Positions 19,470 through 28,900 of a stretch of DNA of 64,000 nt are shown here, piece by piece. The notes under the pieces were generated by a model. The model ran no database searches. It was given only the letters and a program-made list of their open reading frames with translations, and was not told where the DNA came from. The stretch covers positions 32,001 to 96,000 of the forward strand of contig CAVSIV010000002.1 of the NCBI GenBank assembly GCA_963728205.1, read 5' to 3'. Every line of letters starts with the position of its first letter. Within the stretch, counting starts at the first letter, position 1. A program made the position numbers and the translations under genes. Source of the stretch: an uncultured Chloroflexia bacterium (lineage in GTDB: Bacteria; Chloroflexota; Dehalococcoidia; UBA2979).

Positions 19470-20141
19470 TCAGGCGTTCGCGACGGGATCCTGTGCGCGC
19501 TGCTTCGCGCTTTCGATGCGCGAGATCAGGTCGTGCAGCGGCTTCGTTCCGCCTCCAATCACGAGGCCGGTCACGAGGATGTCGATCGGCACGCTCGGCC
19601 GTCGGTCGGCGATGGCGGCGATCAGGTAGATGCCGATCGTCGCGCTGGCGAGCATCCCGAGGACGGTCGCGGCGGACCACATGATGTACGCGCGGGCGCG
19701 CTGGCGCCGGTCCAGCCGGTCGCGCGCATCGGCCGCGGCCTGCCACCGGGCAGGATCGTCGGGCGCGTTCATGGCCGCGGCCATCGCCACCTCCATCTCG
19801 CCCCGCGCGGTGCGCGACTCCATGACGAACGACGCGAACGGCTCGAGCAGCCGCTCGGTTGCCTGCGCGGCGATGTAGAGCAGCGCGAAGGCGCTCGTGT
19901 CGGACGCCACGCGGATCGGCGCCGCGTGAACGCTCTCCCAGATGGCAATGCTGACGGCGTAGCCGACGATCACCACCAGCGTGGCGATACCGGGCGCGAC
20001 GGCGTCCGGGTGGCGGTACCAGGGCTCCTTGCCCCGCGCGGGAGGCGTCGAGGCAGCAGCAACTGCGCGCGCGCGCGTCCCGGTCGCGTCGCGGCTGGCA
20101 TCGGGGTTCACGACGAGTGTCACGGCATCCCGCCTTCCCAT
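19470..20141 (-). CDS. Hypothetical integral membrane protein
   Basis: About four hydrophobic segments; ERLLEP and TGLVIGGGTKPLHDLI motifs; start uncertain (ATG 20141 or GTG 20123). Confidence 0.7.
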   Translation of the reverse strand: MGRRDAVTLVVNPDASRDATGTRARAVAAASTPPARGKEPWYRHPDAVAPGIATLVVIVGYAVSIAIWESVHAAPIRVASDTSAFALLYIAAQATERLLEPFASFVMESRTARGEMEVAMAAAMNAPDDPARWQAAADARDRLDRRQRARAYIMWSAATVLGMLASATIGIYLIAAIADRRPSVPIDILVTGLVIGGGTKPLHDLISRIESAKQRAQDPVANA

Positions 20142-20539
20142 GACGGCCCGCGCGCATCTTAGCCGGGCGGCGCTCGGCGCGATGGATTGCGGCCGGACGC
20201 GGACGGGCGCCCACGGGCGCAGTCGAGGCGCCCGGCGCGGTCGAGGCGCCCCGGCGCGGTCGGCCGCGCGGTGCGCGGTGGGCGTGGCGCGCACGCAAAT
20301 GCTGTGCTCGCGGCCCCGGCGGGCGCCGAGCGCGATGCGATCGGACGAGCGGTTGAGGGTCCGGAGCGGCGCCTGAAGGCGGCCCGCAAGCTCAACCGTT
20401 GCGAGCTTCACGGCGTGATGCTCGATGAAGTCGGCGCGGCGCTCCCGTGGTCGCCGCTTATTTCGCCGGCCTCGGCCTGATGCATCGCCAGCCGGCGCCC
20501 GCGGCCGGACTCTGATCGTCCACCGTTCTATTATCTGTT

Positions 20540-20568
20540 TATATCTATTGCAGATATATCATCAATAG
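20540..20568. promoter_or_regulatory. AT-rich promoter/operator with overlapping inverted repeats
   Basis: TATATCT-N5-AGATATA (20540-20558) and CTATTG-N12-CAATAG (20545-20568). Confidence 0.5.
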
Positions 20569-20623
20569 TTGCGAAATCTGACCGAAACAATGCGCTGGCA
20601 TCATCCCGCGGCCCGGCTCCCCG

Positions 20624-22261
20624 TTGGCTCGGTCGTGGACCTGGAAACCGGCGAGGACCTACGGGCGCGCGATCGGGGGATGCTTGTCTCGACTTCGTGG
20701 ACGCTTCTTCGCGTCCGCCGTCCTTTCGGCCCTGGTGGCCGCACTGGCAATCGGCGCAGTGTCGGCTTCGCAGGGGAGTCAGTGGAATACGGCGGGCGGA
20801 GACCGCCAGAACACGCGCTTCCAGAATTCAGAGCACCAGCTGAGTCCATCCAACGTCCCCGGTCTCACGCCGAAGTGGGTGTTCGAGACGGGCGGGGACG
20901 TGTCGGCGACGCCTGCGGTCGACGGAGAGACCGTGTACTTCCCCGACTGGGCAGGCAACCTCTACGCGGTGGACCGGCAGACCGGTGCGCTCAAGTGGCA
21001 GGCGAATGTTGCCGCGGTCACGGGTGTCCCCGGAGACAAGGCTCGGGCCACGCCGGCGGTGACGAGTGACAGGGTCATCGTCGGTACGCAGGGCCCGTTC
21101 GGTGGTGGCGGCAAGGTCCTGGCGTTCGACAAGTTCTCCGGCGCGCTCGTGTGGAGCACACAGCTGGAGACGAACCCGGCCGCGATCATCACGCAGTCGG
21201 CGACCGTGTTCGACGGGGTGGTCTACGTCGGAGTCGCTTCCATGGAGGAGGCGCTCGCCGCGATCGTCCCCGGATACCAGTTGTCGTTCCGGGGAAGCAT
21301 GGCCGCCCTCGATCTCGAGACCGGTCAGATCCTGTGGAAGACGTACACCGCGCCGGAAGGCTTTACCGGAAACGCGGTCTGGGGCAGCTCGCCCGCGATC
21401 GACACGAAGCGCGGCCAGCTGTACATCGCCACCGGCAACAACTACTCGGTGCCGCAGTCGGTGCTCGACTGCGTCGCCGCCGCCGGAGACGATCAGGGCG
21501 CGATCGCTGCATGCGTTCCGGCGGATAACCATTTCGACTCGATCCTGGCGCTGGACCTCAAAACGGGCGCCATCCGCTGGGCCACTCGAGCGCTGCCGTA
21601 CGATGCCTTCACGGTGAACTGTGTTCCGGGCTTGATCCCCGGTGTCCCCGGTTTCCCCGACGAGTGCCCCGATCCCGCCGGGCCGGACTACGACTTCGGT
21701 CAGGCCCCGGCTCTCTTCACGACCACTGCTCACGGCAAGCCGCGTGAGCTGGTGGGCGCCGGTCAGAAGAGCGGGCAGTACTGGGCGCTGAATCCCGACA
21801 CGGGCGCCGTCGTCTGGGTGACGCAGGCGGGTCCCGGTGGCCTTGCCGGCGGCCTGCAGTGGGGCTCCGCCGTCGACGGAACTCGCGTCTACACGGCGAA
21901 CGCCAACACGGATTCGAAGGCATGGACGCTTCCGAACGGAACGGCGACGACGCAGGGCGTGTGGAGCGGGCTGGACGCAAGCACCGGCGAGGTGCTGTGG
22001 CAGACGACGCCACCGAGCGGGGGCGGTACGTCCGGTCCGGTCACGACCGCAAACGGAGTCGTCTTCGGGTGCTCCCTCGATCCCGCCGGACACATGTACG
22101 CGCTCGACGCGGCGTCTGGCGCCGTCCTGTGGGATTTCGCGAGCGGCGGTTCGTGCATCTCCGGTGCGGCGATCTCGAACGGCATGTTGTTCTGGGGCTC
22201 GGGGTACACGAACCTCGGGACCTCGAACAACAAGCTGTACGCGTTCGGACTTGCGAACTGA
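20624..22261 (+). CDS. Secreted PQQ-like beta-propeller protein (polyvinyl-alcohol dehydrogenase-like)
   Basis: Signal-like hydrophobic stretch; repeated A(L/V)D..TG...W blades; GPDYDFG, GQKSG and GGLQWG motifs; start uncertain. Confidence 0.85.
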   Translation: MARSWTWKPARTYGRAIGGCLSRLRGRFFASAVLSALVAALAIGAVSASQGSQWNTAGGDRQNTRFQNSEHQLSPSNVPGLTPKWVFETGGDVSATPAVDGETVYFPDWAGNLYAVDRQTGALKWQANVAAVTGVPGDKARATPAVTSDRVIVGTQGPFGGGGKVLAFDKFSGALVWSTQLETNPAAIITQSATVFDGVVYVGVASMEEALAAIVPGYQLSFRGSMAALDLETGQILWKTYTAPEGFTGNAVWGSSPAIDTKRGQLYIATGNNYSVPQSVLDCVAAAGDDQGAIAACVPADNHFDSILALDLKTGAIRWATRALPYDAFTVNCVPGLIPGVPGFPDECPDPAGPDYDFGQAPALFTTTAHGKPRELVGAGQKSGQYWALNPDTGAVVWVTQAGPGGLAGGLQWGSAVDGTRVYTANANTDSKAWTLPNGTATTQGVWSGLDASTGEVLWQTTPPSGGGTSGPVTTANGVVFGCSLDPAGHMYALDAASGAVLWDFASGGSCISGAAISNGMLFWGSGYTNLGTSNNKLYAFGLAN

Positions 22262-22283
22262 GGATGTTCGCGTAGGGCTGGCA

Positions 22284-22320
22284 GGACTGGGGTCGGCCGG
22301 ACACCGGCCGACCCCAGTCC
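22284..22320 (+). terminator. Strong hairpin after the propeller gene
   Basis: Perfect 17-bp stem GGACTGGGGTCGGCCGG/CCGGCCGACCCCAGTCC with 3-nt loop. Confidence 0.65.
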
Positions 22321-22509
22321 CGGTCGCCTACTCGATCCATCTCTTCCGACTCCACACGCCCCGCCGGCAGGGCACAGGCATCGTGTCGCCCCGTCGGCGT
22401 GCGTCGCGACGTCGGTTGGCTCGGACGAGCGCCGCTGTGCAGGAGCATCGGGTTGGGAAGCGTCGGCCCGTCGGCACCCCGGTACCGGATTGCCGCTTCC
22501 CGCACCGAC

Positions 22510-22756
22510 GGCTCCGCGCGCCCCGCCGTCGAGGAAGCGGCGGAGCGGCTCGACTCGCTGCCGCAGGTCTGGGCCGAGGCAACGCCAGACGTTCGCCGGT
22601 CGCTCGCTGCGCTCGTCGTGCACGTCTACGTCGACGTCGACGCCCGCCCGATCGCGGGAATCGATCCGGTCGCGGCGCTTCGCGCGCTGCTCGGGCTGGC
22701 TCTGCGGTCGGTGTCTATCGGTGCCGCGCGGCTGGTCTCACCGGGATGGTGGAGCG
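22510..22756 (+). pseudogene. Probable C-terminal remnant of a large serine recombinase
   Basis: EEAAERLDSLPQVWAEATPDVRRSL...VYVD...I.P resembles large serine recombinase tails; the frame runs into the antisense tRNA end (VEMGGLEP); no catalytic domain. Confidence 0.5.
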
Positions 22757-22832
22757 TGGTGGAGATGGGGGGACTCGAACCCCCGGCCTTCGCATTGCGA
22801 ACGCGACGCTCTCCCAGCTGAGCTACATCCCC
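22757..22832 (-). tRNA. tRNA-Ala(CGC)
   Basis: GGGGATGTAGCTCAG...TCGCG-TT-CGC-AA-TGCGA...GGTTCGAGTCCCCCCATCTCCACCA; G3:U70; encoded CCA. Confidence 0.97.
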
Positions 22833-22946
22833 ACGCCGGAAGACTGAGTATAGGAAGGGCGGCTTGTCAGCGGCAATTCCGCATGCCCGCCCCGGTTCCG
22901 CGTCGGCGCCAGGCGTGACGCCGCTGCGCGAAACGCGCCTGCGCGT

Positions 22947-23444
22947 CTACTCCAGCAGGCCCGGCAACGGGTCGATCGTCATCCGCTTCGCGGCGACGTC
23001 CACCGCCTTGACCACGTCCGGGATCGCCGGAACGAGCACGTCCTTCGCGCCCGGCCGCTGCACGACGTAGACGTCGTTTGCGCCCGTCCGCAGGACCTCC
23101 GACAGCCGCCCGATCACCTCGCCGCCATCCTCCGTCACCACCTCCATGCCGACGAGGTCGTCGATGTAGTACTCGCCCTCGGGCAGCGGCGGCAGGTCCT
23201 CTTCGTCGATCTCGATGACCTCGCCGCGCAGCGACTCGGCGGCGGCGCGGCTGGTCAGGCCCTCGAACACCATCATCGGGTACCCGTATGGCTCCACGAC
23301 CTCGAGCACGCGCCGCCGCCGGCCGAGCACGTAGAGTTCCGCGCCGGCCTGCAGGCGCTCGGGATTCGAGGTGAGCGGGGTGACCTTGACGTGGCCCTTG
23401 AGGCCCCACGGCGCGTTGATGACGCCGACGGCGACGCGAGCCAT
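22947..23444 (-). CDS. rimM: 16S rRNA processing protein RimM
   Basis: VG.I..PWGLKG, EGEYYIDDLVG, TGANDVYVV; rpsP operon context. Confidence 0.96.
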   Translation of the reverse strand: MARVAVGVINAPWGLKGHVKVTPLTSNPERLQAGAELYVLGRRRRVLEVVEPYGYPMMVFEGLTSRAAAESLRGEVIEIDEEDLPPLPEGEYYIDDLVGMEVVTEDGGEVIGRLSEVLRTGANDVYVVQRPGAKDVLVPAIPDVVKAVDVAAKRMTIDPLPGLLE

Positions 23445-23457
23445 GAGGGCGGGCGAA

Positions 23458-23685
23458 CTACTCGATGCTGAGCGAGGCGCGCACGCCGGCCCGCACCGAG
23501 GCCACGTGCAGCAGCGACCGGATCGCGTTCGCGCAGCGGCCGTCGCGGCCGATGATGCGGCCCTTGTCCTCGTCGTTCACGTAGAGGTGGAGAACGATGC
23601 GGTCGCCGTCGTGCTCCTCCTCGACCACCACCTCGTCGGGATGGTCGGCGAGCGCGCGGGCGAGGTATTCGATCAGTGCCTTCAC
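23458..23685 (-). CDS. khpA: KH-domain RNA-binding protein KhpA
   Basis: 75 aa; DKGRIIGRDGR..NAIRSLL; lies between rpsP and rimM. Confidence 0.93.
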   Translation of the reverse strand: MKALIEYLARALADHPDEVVVEEEHDGDRIVLHLYVNDEDKGRIIGRDGRCANAIRSLLHVASVRAGVRASLSIE

Positions 23686-23727
23686 GGGAGCTCCTGGCGA
23701 CGGCGAGGGTGCGCTGGTGGGAACGGG

Positions 23728-24168
23728 CTACTCGCTGGCGGCGGCGTCCTCGGACGCGGTCGACTCCGCGGCGGCGGCGTCGGCGGCGGCCTTCGCGGCG
23801 GCGTCGGCCTCAGCCTTCGCGGCCGCCGCGGCCTCGGCCTCGGCCTTGGCCTGCGCCGCGGCGCGCTCGGCCTCTGCCTTCGCGACCTCGGCCTTCGACG
23901 GCTTCGTCGGGCGCTTCGGCGGCTCGACGGTCGTGATGCCCTGCTTGAAGAGCAAGCGGTGCACCGTTTCCGACGGCTGCGCGCCGACTGCGAGCCAGTG
24001 CTTCACGCGGTCCTCTTTGAGGACGACGGTCTGGGGTTCGCTGCGCGGGTTGTAGTGCCCCACGATCTCGACGAACGCGCCGTCGCGCGGGGCGTCCTGG
24101 TCGGCCACCACCACGCGGTACGAGGCCTGCTTCTTCTTGCCGGTGCGGCGCAGTCGGATCCTGAGCAA
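23728..24168 (-). CDS. rpsP: 30S ribosomal protein S16 with Ala/Glu/Lys-rich C-terminal extension
   Basis: LRIRLRRTGKK...YRVVVAD..APRDG..VE.VG.YNP; GAQPSETV. Confidence 0.97.
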   Translation of the reverse strand: MLRIRLRRTGKKKQASYRVVVADQDAPRDGAFVEIVGHYNPRSEPQTVVLKEDRVKHWLAVGAQPSETVHRLLFKQGITTVEPPKRPTKPSKAEVAKAEAERAAAQAKAEAEAAAAAKAEADAAAKAAADAAAAESTASEDAAASE

Positions 24169-24251
24169 ACCAACCTCCGAGGTCGGAACCGCCGGGCGAT
24201 TCCCGTGATTGTCGCGTTGCGATTGCGGTGCGGTCGCCGGGTTGTGGTCGC

Positions 24252-25586
24252 TTACATCCCGAGCATACGCATGAGACCACCGGCGCCTTTGCCGGTGGCC
24301 ATCGCCTGCATCAGTTTCTTCGCATCCTTGAACTGGTTCAAGAGGCGGTTGACGTCGGCCGGCGTGGTGCCTGAGCCTTTCGCGATCCGCCGCCGCCGCG
24401 AACCGTTCAGCACGTCCGGGTTGTGGCGCTCCTGCGGCGTCATCGACGAGATGATCGCCTCCGCCTGCTTGAAGTACGAGCCGTCGAGGTCGACGCCCGT
24501 GAGCTGCTTCGCCATGTTCCCGCCGCCGGGCAGCATGTCGAGCAGCCCGGAGAGCGGCCCCATCTGCTTCATCTGCTGCATCTGCTGGAGGAAATCCTCC
24601 AGGTCGAACTGCCCCGAGCGCATGCGCTTCGCGACGTCCTTCACGTCGCGGTCGCCCATCGTCTCGCGCGCCTTCTCGACGAGGGACACGACGTCGCCCA
24701 TGCCGAGCACGCGCGACGCGAAGCGGTCCGGGTGGAAGTCCTCGAGCGCCTCGAGGCGCTCGCCGGTCGTGATGAACTTGATCGGCAGGCCGGTGACCTC
24801 GCGCACGGAGAGCACGGCGCCGCCGCGCGTATCGGAGTCCACCTTCGTGACGACGACGCCCGTGCCCTCGATCGCCTCGTCGAAGTCGCGCGCGAGCGTC
24901 ACGGCCTCCTGGCCGGTCATCGCGTCGACCACGATCAGGATCTCGGTGGGGTCGACCTCGTCGGCGAGCTCCGCGAGCTCGTCCGCCAGCGCGTCGTCGA
25001 GCGCGACCGCGCCGCGCGTGTCGATGACGACGGCGTTCGCGCCGGTGCGCGCCGCCTCCTTCATCGCGCGCTTCGCGACGTCGATGGCGGGCGCCGCCTT
25101 CTGCTCGACCCAGACGGGGACGTCGATCTGCTCGCCGAGGACCTGCAGCTGCTCGCTTGCGGCCACGCGCTCGAAGTCGGTGGCGACGAGCAGCGGCTGG
25201 CGGCCCTCCTTCTTGAACTTGAGGGCGAGGCGGCCGGCGAGCGTCGTCTTCCCGGAGCCCTTGGCGCCGACGACCATCACGACCGTCGGCCCCTCCTTCG
25301 CGTACATCAGCGGCTCGTGATTGCCGCCGAGCACCTCGACGAGCTGCTCGTTGACGATCGAGATCACCTGCTGGCCGGGCGTGATCGACTGCAGCACCTC
25401 CTGGCCGAGCGCCCGCTCGCGGACGCGCGCGATGAAGTCGCGCACGACCTTGAAGTTGACGTCGGCCTCGAGGAGCGCGATGCGCACCTCGCGGAGGGCC
25501 TCGTCGAGGTCCTTCTCGGAGATCTTCCCCGAGGACCCGAGGCGCCGGAAGGTTTGCTGGAGGCGGTCGGAGAGTGAGTCGAGCAT
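24252..25586 (-). CDS. ffh: Signal recognition particle protein Ffh (divergent G domain)
   Basis: ALLEADV, GSGKTT, DAMTGQ, SRVLGMGD; M domain SMT..ER..P...SRRRRIAKGSG. Confidence 0.95.
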   Translation of the reverse strand: MLDSLSDRLQQTFRRLGSSGKISEKDLDEALREVRIALLEADVNFKVVRDFIARVRERALGQEVLQSITPGQQVISIVNEQLVEVLGGNHEPLMYAKEGPTVVMVVGAKGSGKTTLAGRLALKFKKEGRQPLLVATDFERVAASEQLQVLGEQIDVPVWVEQKAAPAIDVAKRAMKEAARTGANAVVIDTRGAVALDDALADELAELADEVDPTEILIVVDAMTGQEAVTLARDFDEAIEGTGVVVTKVDSDTRGGAVLSVREVTGLPIKFITTGERLEALEDFHPDRFASRVLGMGDVVSLVEKARETMGDRDVKDVAKRMRSGQFDLEDFLQQMQQMKQMGPLSGLLDMLPGGGNMAKQLTGVDLDGSYFKQAEAIISSMTPQERHNPDVLNGSRRRRIAKGSGTTPADVNRLLNQFKDAKKLMQAMATGKGAGGLMRMLGM

Positions 25587-25757
25587 TGAGCGATCAGTGT
25601 ACCGGGACGCCCCCGGCGACGGCGAGCGGCGGACCGATCACCCGCTGCGTTCGCGGCCCAGTGGCGCGCACACGAACCGCCGTTCTGCCTTCCGGCGGCC
25701 GCGCACGCCGGGTGTAGCCTGATGCGACCATCCGCCGCTCCCGTCGTTGGAGGTGCC

Positions 25758-26450
25758 ATGCCCCAGTCCGACGTCGCACGTGTGAAGCAAGAGATCATCG
25801 ACGCCGCCGAGGCCCTGCTCGAGTCGGGCGTCATGCAGATCAGCCGGCACGGGAACGCCAGCGCGCGCCTGCCCGGGACCGACCGCTTCCTCCTCACCGC
25901 CGGCGGCTCGATCGCCGCGCTGCGGCCCGAGGACATCGCGCTGTTCGCGCTCGACGGCACGCTGCTCGAGGGCGCGGCCGAGCCGACCGGCGCGGAGATC
26001 GTCGACATGCACGCGGCCGTCTACCGGCTGCGCGCGGACGCGGGCGGCGTGGTGCACACGCACTCGCCCGCGGCGACGAGCTACGCCGTCGCCGGTCGGC
26101 CGATTCCGCTGATTTACGAGGCGATGGCGCGCTTCGACATGACGGACGGCGTCCCGGTCGCCGCCTACGGCCCGCGTGGCTCACGCGAGTCCGTCGAGCA
26201 GATCGAGGCGGCGATCCGCGCGCATCGCGACATCGGCGGCGTGCTGCTCGCGAACCACGGCGTGCTCGCGTTCGCCGGCAGCGCCGGCGGCGCCGCGCGC
26301 GCGAACATGGTGATCGAGGAGGCCGCGATCCTCGGCCTGCAGGCAGCTGCCCTCGGCGGCGCGCAGCCGATCCCGGCGGAGATGGTGGGCGCGACGCGCG
26401 CCCGGCGCGACGAGTACGCCGCCGCGGGGACGCGAACGGCCGGCGCCTAG
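25758..26450 (+). CDS. Class II aldolase/adducin family protein
   Basis: ATG 25758 after GGAGG; GNASAR, E...H..VY, HTHS, LANHG. Confidence 0.9.
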   Translation: MPQSDVARVKQEIIDAAEALLESGVMQISRHGNASARLPGTDRFLLTAGGSIAALRPEDIALFALDGTLLEGAAEPTGAEIVDMHAAVYRLRADAGGVVHTHSPAATSYAVAGRPIPLIYEAMARFDMTDGVPVAAYGPRGSRESVEQIEAAIRAHRDIGGVLLANHGVLAFAGSAGGAARANMVIEEAAILGLQAAALGGAQPIPAEMVGATRARRDEYAAAGTRTAGA

Positions 26451-26455
26451 GCAGG

Positions 26456-26487
26456 GGCGAGCGGCGGGCAGCCGCCCGCCGCTCGCC
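26456..26487. terminator. Hairpin between convergent genes
   Basis: 14-bp perfect stem GGCGAGCGGCGGGC/GCCCGCCGCTCGCC. Confidence 0.6.
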
Positions 26488-26498
26488 GGTCGGAGCAC

Positions 26499-27254
26499 CT
26501 ACGTCGCGCGCGCCGCGAGCTCGGTCACGCGCCGCACCACGCGCGCCGGGGCGGCGGCGCCGCCCGGCAGGCCGCCGCCGGCGACGTCGACCCACACCGC
26601 CTGCATCCCCACGCGCATCGGCGCCGCGACGTCCCACTCGAGGTTGTCGCCGACGAACGTCGCCCGCTCTGCCGGCACGCCCAGCGCGGCGAGCGCGGCG
26701 TGGTAGACGGGCTCCTCCGGCTTCCCGGCGCCGAACTCGCCCTCGATCTGGATGTGGTCGAAGTGCCGCTCGAGGTCGAACCGCTCGAGCTTCGCCCGCT
26801 GGTCCGACTGCGTGCCGTTCGTCACGAGCGCCAGCGGGGTGCCCGCCGCCCGCAGCGCCGCGAGCAGATCGGTCGCGCCGTCCACGAGCGCGAGTCCGCC
26901 ATCGCGGAGGTCGCGGTAGTGGTCGGCCACCGCGCGCGGGAGCGCCGCCGGCGCCGCCACGCCCAGGCGCTCGAGCGACGTGCGCACGATCCCGGCGCTC
27001 GCGGCGCGCAGGTCGCGCCGCCCTTCGCGGTGCCGCACCGGGTCGCCCCAGTACCAGTCCGCGACGGTCCGGATCGTCTCGCGCAGCCGCAGCGGGTCGA
27101 GGCCGGACACACGTTCGGCGGCCGCGCGGCATGCCTCCTGCCACGCCCACTCCTGGTTGCCGGTGAAGTCGATGATGGTGTCGTCCAGATCGAACAGCAC
27201 CGCGCGGCCGTGCAGACACGGGTCGAGCGCCAGGATGCCCGTCGTCGTCCTCAC
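26499..27254 (-). CDS. HAD-superfamily hydrolase
   Basis: GTG overlapping the MFS stop; FDLDDT, VTNG, GKP, VGDN...DV. Confidence 0.9.
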   Translation of the reverse strand: MRTTTGILALDPCLHGRAVLFDLDDTIIDFTGNQEWAWQEACRAAAERVSGLDPLRLRETIRTVADWYWGDPVRHREGRRDLRAASAGIVRTSLERLGVAAPAALPRAVADHYRDLRDGGLALVDGATDLLAALRAAGTPLALVTNGTQSDQRAKLERFDLERHFDHIQIEGEFGAGKPEEPVYHAALAALGVPAERATFVGDNLEWDVAAPMRVGMQAVWVDVAGGGLPGGAAAPARVVRRVTELAARAT

Positions 27255-28812
27255 TCGCCGTCGCCTCCGCCGCTCGCGTCCCCGCCGCGCAGCGCCGTCC
27301 CGGCCCCGCCGCCCGCGCGCGCACGGACCACGATCTCGACCGCCGCCTGCTGCGGCCCACGCAGCAACGACAGCACCATGCCGGCGAGCGCGAACGGGAT
27401 CGCGAGCAGCGCCGCGGCGTGCAATCCGGCGATGAACGCGTCCTGGAACGCCGCGAGCTGCGCGGGCTGCCCGGCGACCGCCGCCAGCTGCTCCGGCGAC
27501 GGCAGCCCGCCGAGGTGGAACCCCGACGCCACCGCGAACAGCGCGAACGCCGTCCCGCTGAACGCGATGCCCAGGCTCTGCCCCACGTACCGCGACATCC
27601 CCAGCAGCCCCGATGCGATGCCGCGCCGGTGCGTCGGCGCCGCGGTCATCACCGCGTTGTTGTTCGGCGCGGTGAACGTCCCGAGGCCGAGGCCGAGCAG
27701 GAACAGGCGGATCAGCACGTTCCACAGCGGCATGGCCGCCGTGATGCCCCCGATCAGCCACAGCGCGAACGCCACGAGCGCGAGGCCGCTCGTCGCGATC
27801 CAGCGCGCGCCGACGACGTCCGAGAACCGCCCGGCGGTCGGCGCGCTCAGCGCGATCGCGAACGGCAGCGGCAGCATCACGATGCCGGCGCGCTCGGCGG
27901 AGAAGCCGCGCAGCGCCTGCCAGTAGAAGGGGAAGAGCAGCGTCGCGGTCGACAGCGCGAGCGTGGCGAAGACGCCGGCGGCCTGGCCGGCCGCGAACTC
28001 GCGGATCTTGAACAGCGTGAGGTCGACGAGCGGGTAGCGCGTGTGTGCCTCGTGCCAGACGAAGAGCGTCGAGACGACGAGGCCGACCGCGATCATGCCG
28101 AGCGTGGCGGGCGAGTCCCAGCCCCAGTCCGGCGACTTCGTGATCCCGAGGAGCAGCGGACCGAGACCTCCGAGCAGCAGCCCCGTCCCCGTCCAGTCGA
28201 TCGGCTCGAGCGTCCGGTGCGACTGCAGTGGCGGCAGGATCACCCACGCGAACGCCGCCGACGCGATCCCGACCGGCACGTTCACGAGGAACACCGCCTG
28301 CCAGCCGAAGTGCGTGACGAGGAAGCCGCCCCGAGCGTCGGCCCCACCGCGGCGCCGCCGCTGATCAGGATCGACTGCAGCCCCATCGCGGTGCCGCGCT
28401 GACCGGCGGGGAAGGTGTCGGTGATGATCGCGAGCGTGTTCGCGGTGATCAGCGCTCCGCCGACGGCCTGGATCAGGCGCGCCCCGATCAGCCAGAGCAC
28501 GACCTGCGAGAACGACGCGAGCAGGCTCGCCGACGCGAAGATCACGATACCGATGATGAAGAGCCGCTTGCGCCCCAGCACGTCGCTGATGCGTCCGAAG
28601 AACGGCACGAGCCCCGTGAGCGCGAGCGTGTAGGCGATCAGCGTCCACTCGACCTCGGCGAGCGAGGCGTGGAACGCGCCGGCGATCGTCGGCAGCGCGA
28701 TGTTCAGGATGGAGATGTCGATCACGACCATGAACAGGCCGAGTGCGACCGAGAGCAGCACGAGCCAGGGGTGCTCGGCGCGCTGGTACGGTTCCGCCGT
28801 GGGGTCCTGCAT
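27251..28812 (-). pseudogene. DHA2 (EmrB/QacA) MFS transporter, frameshifted near 28330
   Basis: N-half (DISILNIALP, GRISDVLGRKR) and C-half (GWQAVFLVNVP) are in different frames joined at a G4 run; possible sequencing error. Confidence 0.8.
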
Positions 28813-28900
28813 GGGCGTCCGAGTCTACTCGCGACGCCGAGTCAGTTCACCGGCGCGCGGCGGCCTTCAGGCACGCCGCGCGCAGTGGCTGCTCGACGCG

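Noticed and set aside
20222-20262. Short direct repeat GTCGAGGCGCCC(C)GGCGCG x2
   Set aside because: Only two imperfect GC-rich copies with no associated feature
24169-24251. Possible structured leader or SRP RNA between ffh and rpsP
   Set aside because: No SRP helix-8 motif or other recognisable RNA family; pairing is explained by GC content
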